Shown here in pieces: positions 18,554-28,780 of a stretch of 64,000 nucleotides of DNA (position 1 is its first letter; every line of letters begins with the position of its first letter). This DNA comes from Bythopirellula sp. Lineage in GTDB: Bacteria > Planctomycetota > Planctomycetia > Pirellulales > Lacipirellulaceae. Location: positions 4,672,001 through 4,736,000 of the forward strand of contig OZ244170.1 in the NCBI GenBank assembly GCA_965216565.1, written 5' to 3'. Under the pieces are notes generated by a model that did no database searches, had not been told where the DNA came from, and worked only from the letters and a program-made list of their open reading frames with translations. The position numbers and the translations under genes are program-made.

Positions 18554-19609
18554 TTAAGCAGCTTGTTCGTTTTCGCCAGGTTTCTCTGCATCCTTCACCA
18601 GCTTGGCGACTTGCCTCTGGAGAGCGCGGAACTCGCGACGCATATCGGGGAGCTTGGAAATCGCAGCCATCTGAAGTTTTTGTTGCCGTAGTGGAGCGGC
18701 CGGCGAACCTAATACCATCTCGCCTTCTGGAACATCGTTGGGAACACCCGCTTTGGAGCAAAGCACAGCTCCGGTGCCAATGTGGACGTTGTCGCGAACA
18801 CCCACCTGCCCTGCCATCACCACATAATCCCCGGTGGTAGTGCTGCCGGCGATGCCGACCTGCGAGCAAATGAGGTTGTGCTTGCCAAGTCGGCAGTTGT
18901 GTGCGATTTGCACCAAGTTGTCGACCTTCGTGCCCGCACCAATAATCGTCGGTCCGTAAGTTCCTCGATCGATGGTTACGCAGGAGCCGATTTCGACATT
19001 CTCGTGGATTTCTACGTATCCCAATTGGGCCGAGAGTTGATGAGCACCCTCGACTTGGTTGTATCCAAAACCGTAGGCACCAATCACGGTACCCGAATGA
19101 ATGATCGAATTTGCGCCGACTTGTGTGTCTTCGTAGAGTACGACATTGGCAAACAGCGTGACGTTTTCGGCAATGACGCAGCCGGGCATGATTTTCGCGC
19201 CGGGATAAATCACCGTACCGCTGCCAATCGAAACATCATCCCCGATGTAAGCTTGCGGATGGATGTCGACGTCTGCCGCGATCTTGGCCGACTCGCTGAT
19301 TGTGGCCAGGGGGCTCAACCCCGGTCGAACGATCTCGCGACGAGGACGGAAATGTTGGACGATAGTTGAAAAGGCTTTGTGAACGTCCGCGACCACAATG
19401 GTGGGAATATCTTTCCATTCCACTTCTTCGGGAACAACAGCCGCTACAGCCGCTGACTCGGTAAGTTGCGACGCGCGTTCGATGCTGTCGGCTAGTGTGA
19501 TCTCTCCTGCGCGGGCCATTGCCAGCGTGGCGGCCCCTTTGATTTCTATTGATTCGCCGCGCAGCTGGCCACCCACCAATTCGGCAAGTTGGCTCAAGGA
19601 AGTCGCCAT
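18554..19609 (-). CDS. lpxD: UDP-3-O-acylglucosamine N-acyltransferase LpxD
   Basis: Hexapeptide repeats, GFGY, IDRG, KVDNLVQIAHNC. Confidence 0.94.
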   Translation of the reverse strand: MATSLSQLAELVGGQLRGESIEIKGAATLAMARAGEITLADSIERASQLTESAAVAAVVPEEVEWKDIPTIVVADVHKAFSTIVQHFRPRREIVRPGLSPLATISESAKIAADVDIHPQAYIGDDVSIGSGTVIYPGAKIMPGCVIAENVTLFANVVLYEDTQVGANSIIHSGTVIGAYGFGYNQVEGAHQLSAQLGYVEIHENVEIGSCVTIDRGTYGPTIIGAGTKVDNLVQIAHNCRLGKHNLICSQVGIAGSTTTGDYVVMAGQVGVRDNVHIGTGAVLCSKAGVPNDVPEGEMVLGSPAAPLRQQKLQMAAISKLPDMRREFRALQRQVAKLVKDAEKPGENEQAA

Positions 19610-19787
19610 CCCAGAATCCTTTCTATGTCCAGCACTATCGTGCTTTAACAATCCATTGCCAGCAGGGCTCGACGGAGAGGTCGCAAAATTGAGCCGAACT
19701 GGGCCCCGGATAGTACCTTGCCGGGGACATTTGCAACAAGAGCATTACTAGCAGAATCGTGCCGCTAGCAGTGTGCGGAAAACCATC

Positions 19788-20234
19788 TTAGCTTTGCTTC
19801 GAGCAGGAGGGATCTGCCCCAGCACTCGCTTGTCCCCGAACCAGATAGATCGCTTGTTCAAAGTGTTTTTGCAATTTGAGAAATGCTTGCAGATCACCGC
19901 CACGGTCGGGGTGCAAGTCTTTCACCCGTTCGCGATAAGCCGCCATCACCTCTTCCTCACTGCAAGGCATTCGCAGATCGAGAGCCGCCAGACAGCCGGG
20001 CTGTTCGCGCACCGCCCAATACGGCATGGTCTGAACTGAATGCGAGACGTAGACCATCGCCCGCCGCAACGATCGCAGATAGCGACGAAAATCGAGCACC
20101 ATCACCAGATAGCCCAACAGCGGCAACCCGATGATCACCCCCAGATAGAGCAGCGTCAGCGTACCATCCACCCCATCCGGCCACGGCGGAGCCTCGAGCG
20201 TTTCGGCAAACAGAAGTTGATAGCGTTGGTGCAT
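19788..20234 (-). CDS. Membrane-anchored J-domain (DnaJ-like) protein
   Basis: TM helix followed by AYRERVKDLHPDRGG (HPD motif). Confidence 0.8.
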   Translation of the reverse strand: MHQRYQLLFAETLEAPPWPDGVDGTLTLLYLGVIIGLPLLGYLVMVLDFRRYLRSLRRAMVYVSHSVQTMPYWAVREQPGCLAALDLRMPCSEEEVMAAYRERVKDLHPDRGGDLQAFLKLQKHFEQAIYLVRGQASAGADPSCSKQS

Positions 20235-20325
20235 GGGACGTTTCGCAATTGAAGAAAGCCTTAGCAATCACTGTGTACCATTATTCGAACGCTGTCCAGT
20301 CGCCAATGCTATTTGTGAACTATCG

Positions 20326-23300
20326 CTAAACCAGCGAAAATAGCTCGTCGAAGACAGAATCTTCGATTTGCGAGTGGGGACGATCTTGCTGCATCTGTTC
20401 CGTTGGATGCACCTGAGACACGGGATTGTGAACGTCTGCTCGAATTGATGCGTTGCTGATTGGACTCTGATTCGGAGGTATTTCCTCTACTCCTCCCCAT
20501 TCGGAAAACAAAGCTAGTCGAGGTTCTGCCGGGCTGCGGTCGTTTGCGGGGGCGGAAAGTAGATCAACAGCAAGAGCCAAATCAGGCAGGTAAGGCGTGA
20601 ATAGTGAAAGGCTGGCTGCGGTGATTGACGGACTTGGAGGATGTTCAGACGGTGATAGAGAATTCGAGATCTGCCAGGCGAGAAAATCGATTCCTGTGGT
20701 TAGGCCATCTTCATCGGCATCCGCTTCTTGGTTGGTGTTGTAGGATGCTTCCCAGCGATTCAGGTCGTCGGTGTCTGCAATTGCATTCCTATCGAAGTCT
20801 CCGGGCAGCCGTTGGAATTCAACTGCACCGATGTCGATGCGGTTTCTCGAAACTCGCTGGAATGGAAATCCACGTTGGTCGTGGGTGGGCGGAGGCTTAA
20901 AGTCTGGGTCGCCCGAATTGATTGCCGGACTGCCGGGTAGCAGGGCATGAGTTTTGGTCGGCCCGCCATTGTACTTTAGGGGACCGAGTAGAGGATCGAC
21001 TCCCACCAGATTGTTAGACCCCACATCGGGTGAGCCACCGTCGATAAATTGCCGTGCTTTGCCGAATAGGTTGTATTGGCCTAGGAACCTACCCCCCAGG
21101 TCTTCATAGACTCCGCTGCCGTCGGAATTACCAAACACAATGGAGTTGTTTATTGTGGCTCCCCCACCGACGCCACCCCCCCAACCAATCCTTGGCCCGC
21201 TTAGTGACGCTAAATTATGGGTGATCGTAGAATTTTCTATTCGTAGATTGGTGCTACCGCCATAGATAGCGCCACCGCTGCCACCAGTCCGATTTCCGCT
21301 GAAAGTACTTTGCTGAACTAAGACTTCTGCCGACCTTTCTGATGCAATTGCCCCACCGTCCCCGGCTCGATTCCCCTCGAACGTGCTGTTGTAGATGGCC
21401 GATTGAAATCCCTTGTCATCCTGAACAAAGATCGCTCCGCCTTGTCCACGTTTCATGGAATTGTTGACGAAATAGCTATCTTCAACGGTCAGATCTCCGT
21501 AGCTGACATAGATACCGCCTCCGTGCGAGAACGAGCGGTTGTCTTTAACAACGCTATTTCGAATAACAAGCTCACTACCGGCACCACTAATGATACGTCC
21601 CGTACCAAGGCCCGCACCATAGCCGGACCGATTGTTTTCAATGACCGAATTTGCCACGACTGTTTTCCCTCGGCGAACCAGTAGCCCACCACCGAGAAAC
21701 CGGGACCTGTTATCCACAAGATTGACATCAAGGAGCGTAAGGGTTTCTGTACTAATGATTCCACCTCCGTCACCAAGCGTATCTGCTCCCGTAATAGTAA
21801 GGCCTTCGATGTAAAACATTTCCTTGGTAAATGAATAGTCGTCGCCAAGTCTCATTACGCGGACACCTGCTCCGTCGTCGATCTCCGGAGTTGGGTCTAG
21901 CCCAGACGCATCAATGGTGAGAAGATCCGATCCCGGGCCAATCACGTTCGCGCTATCCGTAAGCCTAAGTGCAGACTTTCCGAAGTAGACAGGGGCGATT
22001 TCGCCAAGGATGGTTAGGACTATCGTTGCGGGTCCGTCCGAGAAGAGAATAGGATCGAAACGGATCGTGTCTTTCCCTAGATTGGCATTAGTCAATTTAA
22101 TCGCCTCGCGAAGCGAGAGATCGCCACGACGATAGTCGCCATCGGATTCGTCAACGAGCGTGTCGACCAGAAGATTCAAATCGCTAAGTTGCTGCACCTC
22201 GTAGGCACCAATGTCTATTCTGTTACTAAAAATACGATCAAACCCAGCGCCGCGCTGATCGAACTCCGGCACCCCGCCGACACCCACCTCGGCATTGAGA
22301 TCGCCTGCGTTGATGGCGGGACTGCCGGGCAAGAGGGCATGCGTTTTGGTCGGGCCACCGTTGTCTTCTAAGGGACCGAGCAACGGATCGATCGCGCCGT
22401 GGTCTGGTCCGCCGATAAGATTGCCGTTGGCATCGGGGGAACCGTCGGGGGCCTCGGCGATATTAAGGTCTCCCCGATCTCCTATGATTGAGCTATTTAG
22501 GGTCAGTAGAGACAAGGTCGATAGAAAGTCGGGGTGACCCTGGCTGTCTGAATTCTCAGCTACGATCGAGTGGCTTAATGTTAGGCGGTTGCTCGGTGAG
22601 TAAAATCCTCCGCCGAGCGTTGCCTCGTTGTCAGTGATGGTGCTATGCCGGATCTTTTGAGTACCAATCGCCCAAACGCCACCACCAACCTTTGCAGAGT
22701 TGTCTGAAATGGTGCTCTGCTTGAGCGTCAGGTTCGCACGCCCATAGACTCCCCCTCCCAGGCCACGCGAATGGTTTCCCGAAATTGTGCTATTTACGAT
22801 GGCCGTGTTTCCCGTTGTCCATATTCCGCCCCCATCGCCGACCGAAGAATTCCGAGTGAGTGAGGAATCTTCAATGATCGTAGTGCCACTTGCATAAATG
22901 CCTCCCCCTTCAGAGACGCGCGTAATGTTGTTGAAGATTTGGCTGTTGAAGATATTGAGTGTTCCCGTGGCAGAGACTCCCCCGCCGCGATAGCCGACAG
23001 AGTTGTCGTAGATCGCAACGCTATCGAGCGTAAGTGATTCGCTAACCGAGCGAATAGCACCGCCCTCGTTTTCTGAGAAGTGTCCCCCTACATCCCCGCC
23101 GGTAAGGCTCACACCGGAAATGAGCACATCCAGGACGTTACTCACATCGCGATCGTTGACATGAAATACTCTTGTTCCTGAACTGTTGTTGATGTCGGGC
23201 GACGGATCATTCCCGCTGGCGTCTATCCTGAGTAGCTCCGCACCCGGGCCAGAGATCGTGAGCGAATCGGTAATCTGCAGCTCGCCTTGAGTAAGCAGAA

Positions 23301-23532
23301 TTGTTTCCGGACCGTCATGCCCAAAGTCGAAAACAATTTCATCAGCTCCTGGCACCGTATTCGTGACAAAGATCGCCTCGCGTAGCGAAGTCACTCCGTC
23401 ATTGATGTTTACTAGATCTAGATTCGTGGTAACGGTGACCACAGCCAGCATGCGCCGTTCCTCCAACCGTTCGCAGTGCAAAGCTCGTTGCATTAAGGGG
23501 CTTTGTTTAGGAGAGGTTCGAGGTGCGCTCAT
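20326..23532 (-). CDS. Large planctomycete extracellular protein: two SLREA/beta-helix/choice-of-anchor-Q-like modules and a dockerin-like tail
   Basis: N-terminal LHCERLEERRMLA; SLREAI twice; GGAI/GGG repeats; LGPL..NGGPTKTHALLPGSPAI twice; GDFD..DFLAWQ. Confidence 0.85.
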   Translation of the reverse strand: MSAPRTSPKQSPLMQRALHCERLEERRMLAVVTVTTNLDLVNINDGVTSLREAIFVTNTVPGADEIVFDFGHDGPETILLTQGELQITDSLTISGPGAELLRIDASGNDPSPDINNSSGTRVFHVNDRDVSNVLDVLISGVSLTGGDVGGHFSENEGGAIRSVSESLTLDSVAIYDNSVGYRGGGVSATGTLNIFNSQIFNNITRVSEGGGIYASGTTIIEDSSLTRNSSVGDGGGIWTTGNTAIVNSTISGNHSRGLGGGVYGRANLTLKQSTISDNSAKVGGGVWAIGTQKIRHSTITDNEATLGGGFYSPSNRLTLSHSIVAENSDSQGHPDFLSTLSLLTLNSSIIGDRGDLNIAEAPDGSPDANGNLIGGPDHGAIDPLLGPLEDNGGPTKTHALLPGSPAINAGDLNAEVGVGGVPEFDQRGAGFDRIFSNRIDIGAYEVQQLSDLNLLVDTLVDESDGDYRRGDLSLREAIKLTNANLGKDTIRFDPILFSDGPATIVLTILGEIAPVYFGKSALRLTDSANVIGPGSDLLTIDASGLDPTPEIDDGAGVRVMRLGDDYSFTKEMFYIEGLTITGADTLGDGGGIISTETLTLLDVNLVDNRSRFLGGGLLVRRGKTVVANSVIENNRSGYGAGLGTGRIISGAGSELVIRNSVVKDNRSFSHGGGIYVSYGDLTVEDSYFVNNSMKRGQGGAIFVQDDKGFQSAIYNSTFEGNRAGDGGAIASERSAEVLVQQSTFSGNRTGGSGGAIYGGSTNLRIENSTITHNLASLSGPRIGWGGGVGGGATINNSIVFGNSDGSGVYEDLGGRFLGQYNLFGKARQFIDGGSPDVGSNNLVGVDPLLGPLKYNGGPTKTHALLPGSPAINSGDPDFKPPPTHDQRGFPFQRVSRNRIDIGAVEFQRLPGDFDRNAIADTDDLNRWEASYNTNQEADADEDGLTTGIDFLAWQISNSLSPSEHPPSPSITAASLSLFTPYLPDLALAVDLLSAPANDRSPAEPRLALFSEWGGVEEIPPNQSPISNASIRADVHNPVSQVHPTEQMQQDRPHSQIEDSVFDELFSLV

Positions 23533-23679
23533 CGGGGCCTTATAGTCGGTGAAGAGTCCCCAGCGAAAAGCTGGGTGAATAGCAGTTCCGGTTGCCTAGA
23601 TTCGACGTGACTGATCCTATATAAAAGTTGTTGGGTAAGTCAAATTTAATTCGATAGCGGAAGTCATGAGGAGCAAATA

Positions 23680-24285
23680 ATGAAAACGGTTACACGCGTC
23701 CTGATACTCTTGCTACTCATTTCGACCTCACCTGGATTCGCAGTTGAAAAAGAGGAAGCCAAGCCGACCAAGAAAAAACCAGTTAATCTAAAAGTTGGTG
23801 ACAAAGCCCCGTTGTTTTCTGGCATCGACGACAATAATAAGCCCTGGAAAACGGACAAACTGAAGGGCAAGAAAATTCTGGTTGTTTATTTCTATCCTGC
23901 TGACATGACGCCCGGTTGCACGAAGCAGGCCTGCACTTACCGCGATGAGCTTCCTAAGCTGAAACGCAAAGATGTGGTAATTGTTGGCGTGAGCGGTGAC
24001 AAGGTGGAAAATCATAAGCACTTTCGCGATGAGTACAAACTCAATTTTCCGCTCTTGGCCGATCCCAATGGTGTGATTGCCAAGGCGTTTGGGGTGAAGA
24101 CCTCAGACGGAGGTAAGTTCAAGCGCGAGCTGGACGGCAAAGAGATTCTCTTTGAACGCGGCATCACCGCTAAACGTTGGACCTTTGTCATCGACAAAGA
24201 CTGGAAGATTGCTTACGTCGATAAGAAAGTGAACCCGATCAAAGACACGGCAAACGTCTTTCAGGTCATCAAGAAATTACCTTAG
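23680..24285 (+). CDS. Peroxiredoxin (BCP/PrxQ type) with signal peptide
   Basis: YFYPADMTPGCTKQAC. Confidence 0.9.
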   Translation: MKTVTRVLILLLLISTSPGFAVEKEEAKPTKKKPVNLKVGDKAPLFSGIDDNNKPWKTDKLKGKKILVVYFYPADMTPGCTKQACTYRDELPKLKRKDVVIVGVSGDKVENHKHFRDEYKLNFPLLADPNGVIAKAFGVKTSDGGKFKRELDGKEILFERGITAKRWTFVIDKDWKIAYVDKKVNPIKDTANVFQVIKKLP

Positions 24286-25204
24286 GTTCGATTGGCCGCG
24301 TCGCGGTAGAGATTTCAGGCGTCGGCGTGGCAGTAGGTTTTCTCAGAGGCTTGAAGGCACCAATCGCGCGGGCTAGCGCACGATCGATTAGTCGAGGAAG
24401 CACTACCAATTTGGCCAGTTGCATTCCCCAGGCATCGTAACCCACCAGATAGTGAGGGCGTGGCCACTGCGCGCGGAGCGCCTTGAGCACCGTGACAGCC
24501 ACCATATCTGGAGTGGTCGAAGACTTGGCACCGCGATCATTGAATTCGCCGGCTCGTTGATACATCACTTCGTAGCCGCTGCGCAGTTCCATGGGGATCT
24601 GCCGAATTCGTGAGTTTAAGATCTTGCGGGCCTTCGTGAAAATCGAAGTGCGCACCTGGCCGGGGCGGACGATCACCACCGGGATTTGCCAGGGGCGGAG
24701 TTCGACTCGTAGAGTATCGGAAAGCGCCTCCAAAGCGAACTTGCTGGCAGAGTAGGCTCCCACCATGGGCAAAGCGAGAGTGCCGTTCATGCTGGACATA
24801 TTCACAATCCTGCCAGCACCCTTGCGCAAGAGCGGCAAGCAAGATTGGATCATCCGCAGGGGAGCGAGCGTATTCACTTCGAGCAGATTGCGGACTTCGT
24901 CGATGCTGGAGAGTTCGACCGCTGCGGGGAGCCCTGCGCCGGCGTTGTTCACCAAGGCGTATAGTCCATCCGGGCACGATTCGTTGAGTTCGTCGACAAC
25001 TCGAGCCACACTTTGCTCGTCGGTGACATCGAGAAGCACTGTTTGCAATTGCGATAGCCCCAATTCGCGGAGGCTAGTCGCATCGTCCTCCTGGCGAACT
25101 GTTGCCAGGACGCGGTAGCCATTCTCTGCCAATTTAACGGCGATCGCCCGGCCGATGCCCGAAGAGCAGCCAGTGACCAGTACGGTACGTAGGTTCTCTG
25201 TCAT
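24269..25204 (-). CDS. SDR family oxidoreductase
   Basis: TGCSSGIG, NNAG, YSASK. Confidence 0.92.
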   Translation of the reverse strand: MTENLRTVLVTGCSSGIGRAIAVKLAENGYRVLATVRQEDDATSLRELGLSQLQTVLLDVTDEQSVARVVDELNESCPDGLYALVNNAGAGLPAAVELSSIDEVRNLLEVNTLAPLRMIQSCLPLLRKGAGRIVNMSSMNGTLALPMVGAYSASKFALEALSDTLRVELRPWQIPVVIVRPGQVRTSIFTKARKILNSRIRQIPMELRSGYEVMYQRAGEFNDRGAKSSTTPDMVAVTVLKALRAQWPRPHYLVGYDAWGMQLAKLVVLPRLIDRALARAIGAFKPLRKPTATPTPEISTATRPIEPKVIS

Positions 25205-25429
25205 CTGTCCCGCCTTCCCTGCCAGGGCAGGTTGTTGTAACCAGGTGCGAGCTGGTGCTCGTCCCCCACTACTGGCAAATCATACCAGATAGACCGGTGT
25301 TCTGGCGACCTGCTGCGCTGCAGACTGCTTTTTGAGCAATCCGAAGTGGCCCGCTGCGGTATGGATTCGCCGGAAAAATAGGGTAGCCGTCACTTTTCAT
25401 CGTGCTTGTTGAAAGCTAATCTGACTTGC

Positions 25430-26476
25430 ATGAATACCATGTACAAAAAGTTGCTCTGCGTCGGTCTGCTTTCTGCCATCACTTTCTCCGGCACGTGGCT
25501 GGACAGGAAATCGCTTGCCAAAGAAGCGGCAACCCTAGCGACGGCGGATGCCGATTTCGACCAGTCCCAGATCGCGCCGCTTCTGGATAAACCACTGTAC
25601 GAATTCTCTGAGCAGGAAGTAGATCTTTACTTAAAATACCTCCAAGCTACAGAACCAGACCTGCGCAAACGCATCCTGCACTTGGCCCGCAAAAACATTG
25701 GCCAGCCCTACGAGCTTTATCTGCTGGGAGAAATGCCGTTTGAACACTACGATCCGCAGCCAATTTATTGCCTGGGAAAAAGTGATTGCCTGGTCTATAG
25801 CGAGCATACCTACGCGATGGCCTTGTCCGACGATTGGCCTGGCTTCATGAAACTGCTGCAGCGAATCCGCTATCGCGACGGGCAAATTGGAGTTGCGACC
25901 CGCAATCACTATACCGAGCCGGATTGGAATCCTTCGAATCGCTGGTTGGTGCAGGACGTCACCGAGGAACTTGCCGGCGAGAATGTGTTGTATTACGAGC
26001 AGAGAATCGATCGCCAAGGGTTTTTGAAAAAGCGTTACGAGTTGGAGACGGAGATTCCCGTCGAGACGCACCGCGATTCTTTCGTGCCGATTGAGCATCT
26101 CGATCAAGTAAAACCCCATCTCAAGTCGGGCGATTTTGTGAATATCGTGCGTGGCCGACCTGCCAAAGAATCGGGTTCGGGGCAAGAGTTTCGCGGCAGT
26201 GCGTGGGTGGGGCATGTGGGCTTGATTGCTCTTGGGCCCGACGGCAAGGTGAATCTAATTCATTCGGCCCGGCCCAAAGTGCGCGAGCAACCGTTGGACG
26301 AATATGTCACGCAGTCGCTCGCAGGAATCGACAAGCCGGAGAAAGCCGGCAAGCCGAGGCTTTTGGGATTTAAGTTCCTGCGGCTGCAAGACGACCCGCT
26401 GGCAAATTTGCGAAAGATCGACGGCCCCCAGGCACCGGTGGTGAAGCTGCCGGGTGGAAAATCACAGCTACCCTAG
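25430..26476 (+). CDS. DUF1460 / AmiA-like NlpC/P60 amidase
   Basis: SDCLVYSEH (catalytic Cys), IRYRDG..TRNHY, GHVG; signal peptide. Confidence 0.75.
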   Translation: MNTMYKKLLCVGLLSAITFSGTWLDRKSLAKEAATLATADADFDQSQIAPLLDKPLYEFSEQEVDLYLKYLQATEPDLRKRILHLARKNIGQPYELYLLGEMPFEHYDPQPIYCLGKSDCLVYSEHTYAMALSDDWPGFMKLLQRIRYRDGQIGVATRNHYTEPDWNPSNRWLVQDVTEELAGENVLYYEQRIDRQGFLKKRYELETEIPVETHRDSFVPIEHLDQVKPHLKSGDFVNIVRGRPAKESGSGQEFRGSAWVGHVGLIALGPDGKVNLIHSARPKVREQPLDEYVTQSLAGIDKPEKAGKPRLLGFKFLRLQDDPLANLRKIDGPQAPVVKLPGGKSQLP

Positions 26477-26577
26477 CAATTGAGGAAGAATAACTTCCGT
26501 ATTTCATACTCCCCTCACCGTGCCCTCTCCCCAAAGGGGCGAGGAGCTGAGGAGAAGTTATTCTTCCTCAATTGCTA
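26474..26577. repeat. MITE-like element with a perfect 24-bp terminal inverted repeat
   Basis: tagcaattgaggaagaataacttc ... gaagttattcttcctcaattgcta around a GC hairpin. Confidence 0.82.
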
Positions 26578-26590
26578 ACTGCGAGTCCAC

Positions 26591-27724
26591 TCACTTCTGA
26601 TCCGAGCGCAAATCCTTTGGCACCTTGGCCAGCGCTTCATCACCCAGGACGTAAGAGCGGCCGATCAACTCGATATCGTGATTGATCAAGTCGGGGAATA
26701 GACTGCCGATGAGTAGTTCTACCGCGAAGATTTCTTGCACGGCATCCTCGAATCGGCAGAACGCGACGGTCTCTCCTGTCTCAATATTCAGTACCCACAC
26801 GCCGCAGGTACGTTCTTCGAGCCTTTCCACCAGTGGAATTCCGCTGAATACGGCTGACTCGCGGACTTGCGATAAGCCTACGAAGGCGAGCGGACCGAGG
26901 AAACTCATTCCCCGCGTAAATCCGGGTAGCTGGGCGACTTCGTGGTACTTACCCGACTGCAAATCTATCGTGCCGACGCCGCCGTTGCCAGACTCTAGCA
27001 CCCACAGTTGGTCGCGGTACCAACGGGGCGAATGTGGCATGGAAAGTCCGCGCGTGATGATTTCGTTGGATTGCACATCGATCAGAATTCCGCCATCACG
27101 TTTGTTTTCGCGCCAACCGCCCGGGGTGTTTGTTTCGCCCAGGGCCGTCACGTATTTGATCTGGCCATCGCGGACGGCGAGACCATTCAGATGGCAAAGA
27201 TCGCCTGGCATTAACTCAGTGATGAAACTCGGCTGCCAGCGTGGTTCGAAGCTGTTGATCTCACTGCGGGTTGCCAGACAACTAAACGCTGTGTTCACAA
27301 ACCAAAGCTCCTCGCCAATCCAAGTCATCTCGTGAATCTGCATGTCACCGGTGGTATGACTTCGCCGTGGCATGAAGCAGGCGTCGTGGTGGACGTCCAT
27401 TTCTTTGTATTCATCCGATTCATCCAGCTTCGTGCACACCGCCGGAATGTTGTGGAACTCCCAAACATCGATGTGACAGCCCACGGCCAGTTTGCCATTC
27501 TGCTCGGCGAGGCCCATCGGCTTTAGAAAGTTGCGGAAATGGGTGTTCAGCACGCCCTTATCATTCCGCAGTACGACGAGTTTCCCCGCCTGATACGTCG
27601 TGACCAACAGCGAACAACGACCCTGCTCCAGAATCTGCGGCAAGTTCGAAGTGTGCACGCTCCGCAAGGGAGGATCCACGGGAGGAGCTTCAGCCGTTTC
27701 GTTGTCGGGAGGAGTGTCGGACAT
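26591..27724 (-). CDS. TIGR03032 / DUF4915 family protein
   Basis: SLLVTTYQAGKL, TGDMQIHE, CHLNGLA, GLSMPHSPRW, PGFTRG. Confidence 0.85.
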   Translation of the reverse strand: MSDTPPDNETAEAPPVDPPLRSVHTSNLPQILEQGRCSLLVTTYQAGKLVVLRNDKGVLNTHFRNFLKPMGLAEQNGKLAVGCHIDVWEFHNIPAVCTKLDESDEYKEMDVHHDACFMPRRSHTTGDMQIHEMTWIGEELWFVNTAFSCLATRSEINSFEPRWQPSFITELMPGDLCHLNGLAVRDGQIKYVTALGETNTPGGWRENKRDGGILIDVQSNEIITRGLSMPHSPRWYRDQLWVLESGNGGVGTIDLQSGKYHEVAQLPGFTRGMSFLGPLAFVGLSQVRESAVFSGIPLVERLEERTCGVWVLNIETGETVAFCRFEDAVQEIFAVELLIGSLFPDLINHDIELIGRSYVLGDEALAKVPKDLRSDQK

Positions 27725-27872
27725 GGAAGTTTGAAGTTTGAGTGTTGAAGTTTGAAGTCGCAGGTTCGGGCTGCAAACGGGGCACTACGGTCAAAACAAG
27801 TTTACATTCTTCGGACCGAGCAAACGCTGAAAATCAATAAACTTCTACATTCAACCTTCATAATTCAATCTT

Positions 27873-28658
27873 CTAAGCCGCCCCTTCGCGTCTGGGCCCA
27901 CGAGCCACGCGGCGGTTGCCGGGATCCTCGAGTTCGGTGTCCATGCCTTCGCCGAAGTAGTATTTTCGCGCTTCCGGATTGCGGAGCACGGTGTCGCGCG
28001 GGCCGTGGCACAGAACTTGTCCGCTGCGAATGACGTAACTGCGGTCGGTGATTTGCAACGTTTCGCGGACTTGATGGTCGGTGATCAGGATCGATATTCC
28101 CCGTTCGCGGAGATCGCGGATGATGCCTTGGATGCTGGCGATGGTCACGGGGTCGATGCCGGTGAACGGTTCGTCGAGCAAAATGATTTCCGGGTCGGAA
28201 ACCAAACAGCGGGCAATTTCTAGTCGACGGCGTTCACCGCCAGAGAGCGACATCGCTTTGCTACGGCGCAGCCGGGTGATACTGAATTGCTCCATCAGTT
28301 CTTCGCAGCGGCGACGGCGCGTCTTGCGATTCATGCCGAGCATTTCCATCACGCCGAGCAAATTGTTCTGTACAGAAAGCTTGCGAAAGACGCTCGATTC
28401 CTGGGCCAAATAGCCCATGCCCCCTTCACGGGCTCGTCGATACATGGGCCAATTGGTCACGTCGTTGTCGCCCAGATAAACCGTGCCGGCATCGGGTTCG
28501 ATCATGCCGCAGGTCATGCTGAAGGTGGTGGTTTTGCCAGCACCATTGGGGCCGAGAAGCCCGACGATTTCGCCACGCTCGACGGTGAAGTCGACACCAT
28601 CGACCACGCGCCGCCGCCCATAGCTTTTTACCAATCCGGCAACTTGTAATAGGGTCAT
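27873..28658 (-). CDS. lptB: LPS export ABC transporter ATP-binding protein
   Basis: GPNGAGKTT, YLAQESSVFRKL, LSGGERRRLEIAR, ITDHQVRETL. Confidence 0.93.
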   Translation of the reverse strand: MTLLQVAGLVKSYGRRRVVDGVDFTVERGEIVGLLGPNGAGKTTTFSMTCGMIEPDAGTVYLGDNDVTNWPMYRRAREGGMGYLAQESSVFRKLSVQNNLLGVMEMLGMNRKTRRRRCEELMEQFSITRLRRSKAMSLSGGERRRLEIARCLVSDPEIILLDEPFTGIDPVTIASIQGIIRDLRERGISILITDHQVRETLQITDRSYVIRSGQVLCHGPRDTVLRNPEARKYYFGEGMDTELEDPGNRRVARGPRREGAA

Positions 28659-28780
28659 TTTTACGTCCTCCGTGACGAGTTAGGCTGGAGACTTTGAGGC
28701 TTCGAGGGCTTGAGGATAAGGTTTCAGGTTGGACTTGTGTTCGCTCGAAGAACAAGCCCTCCAGCCTCGATGCCTCCAGC

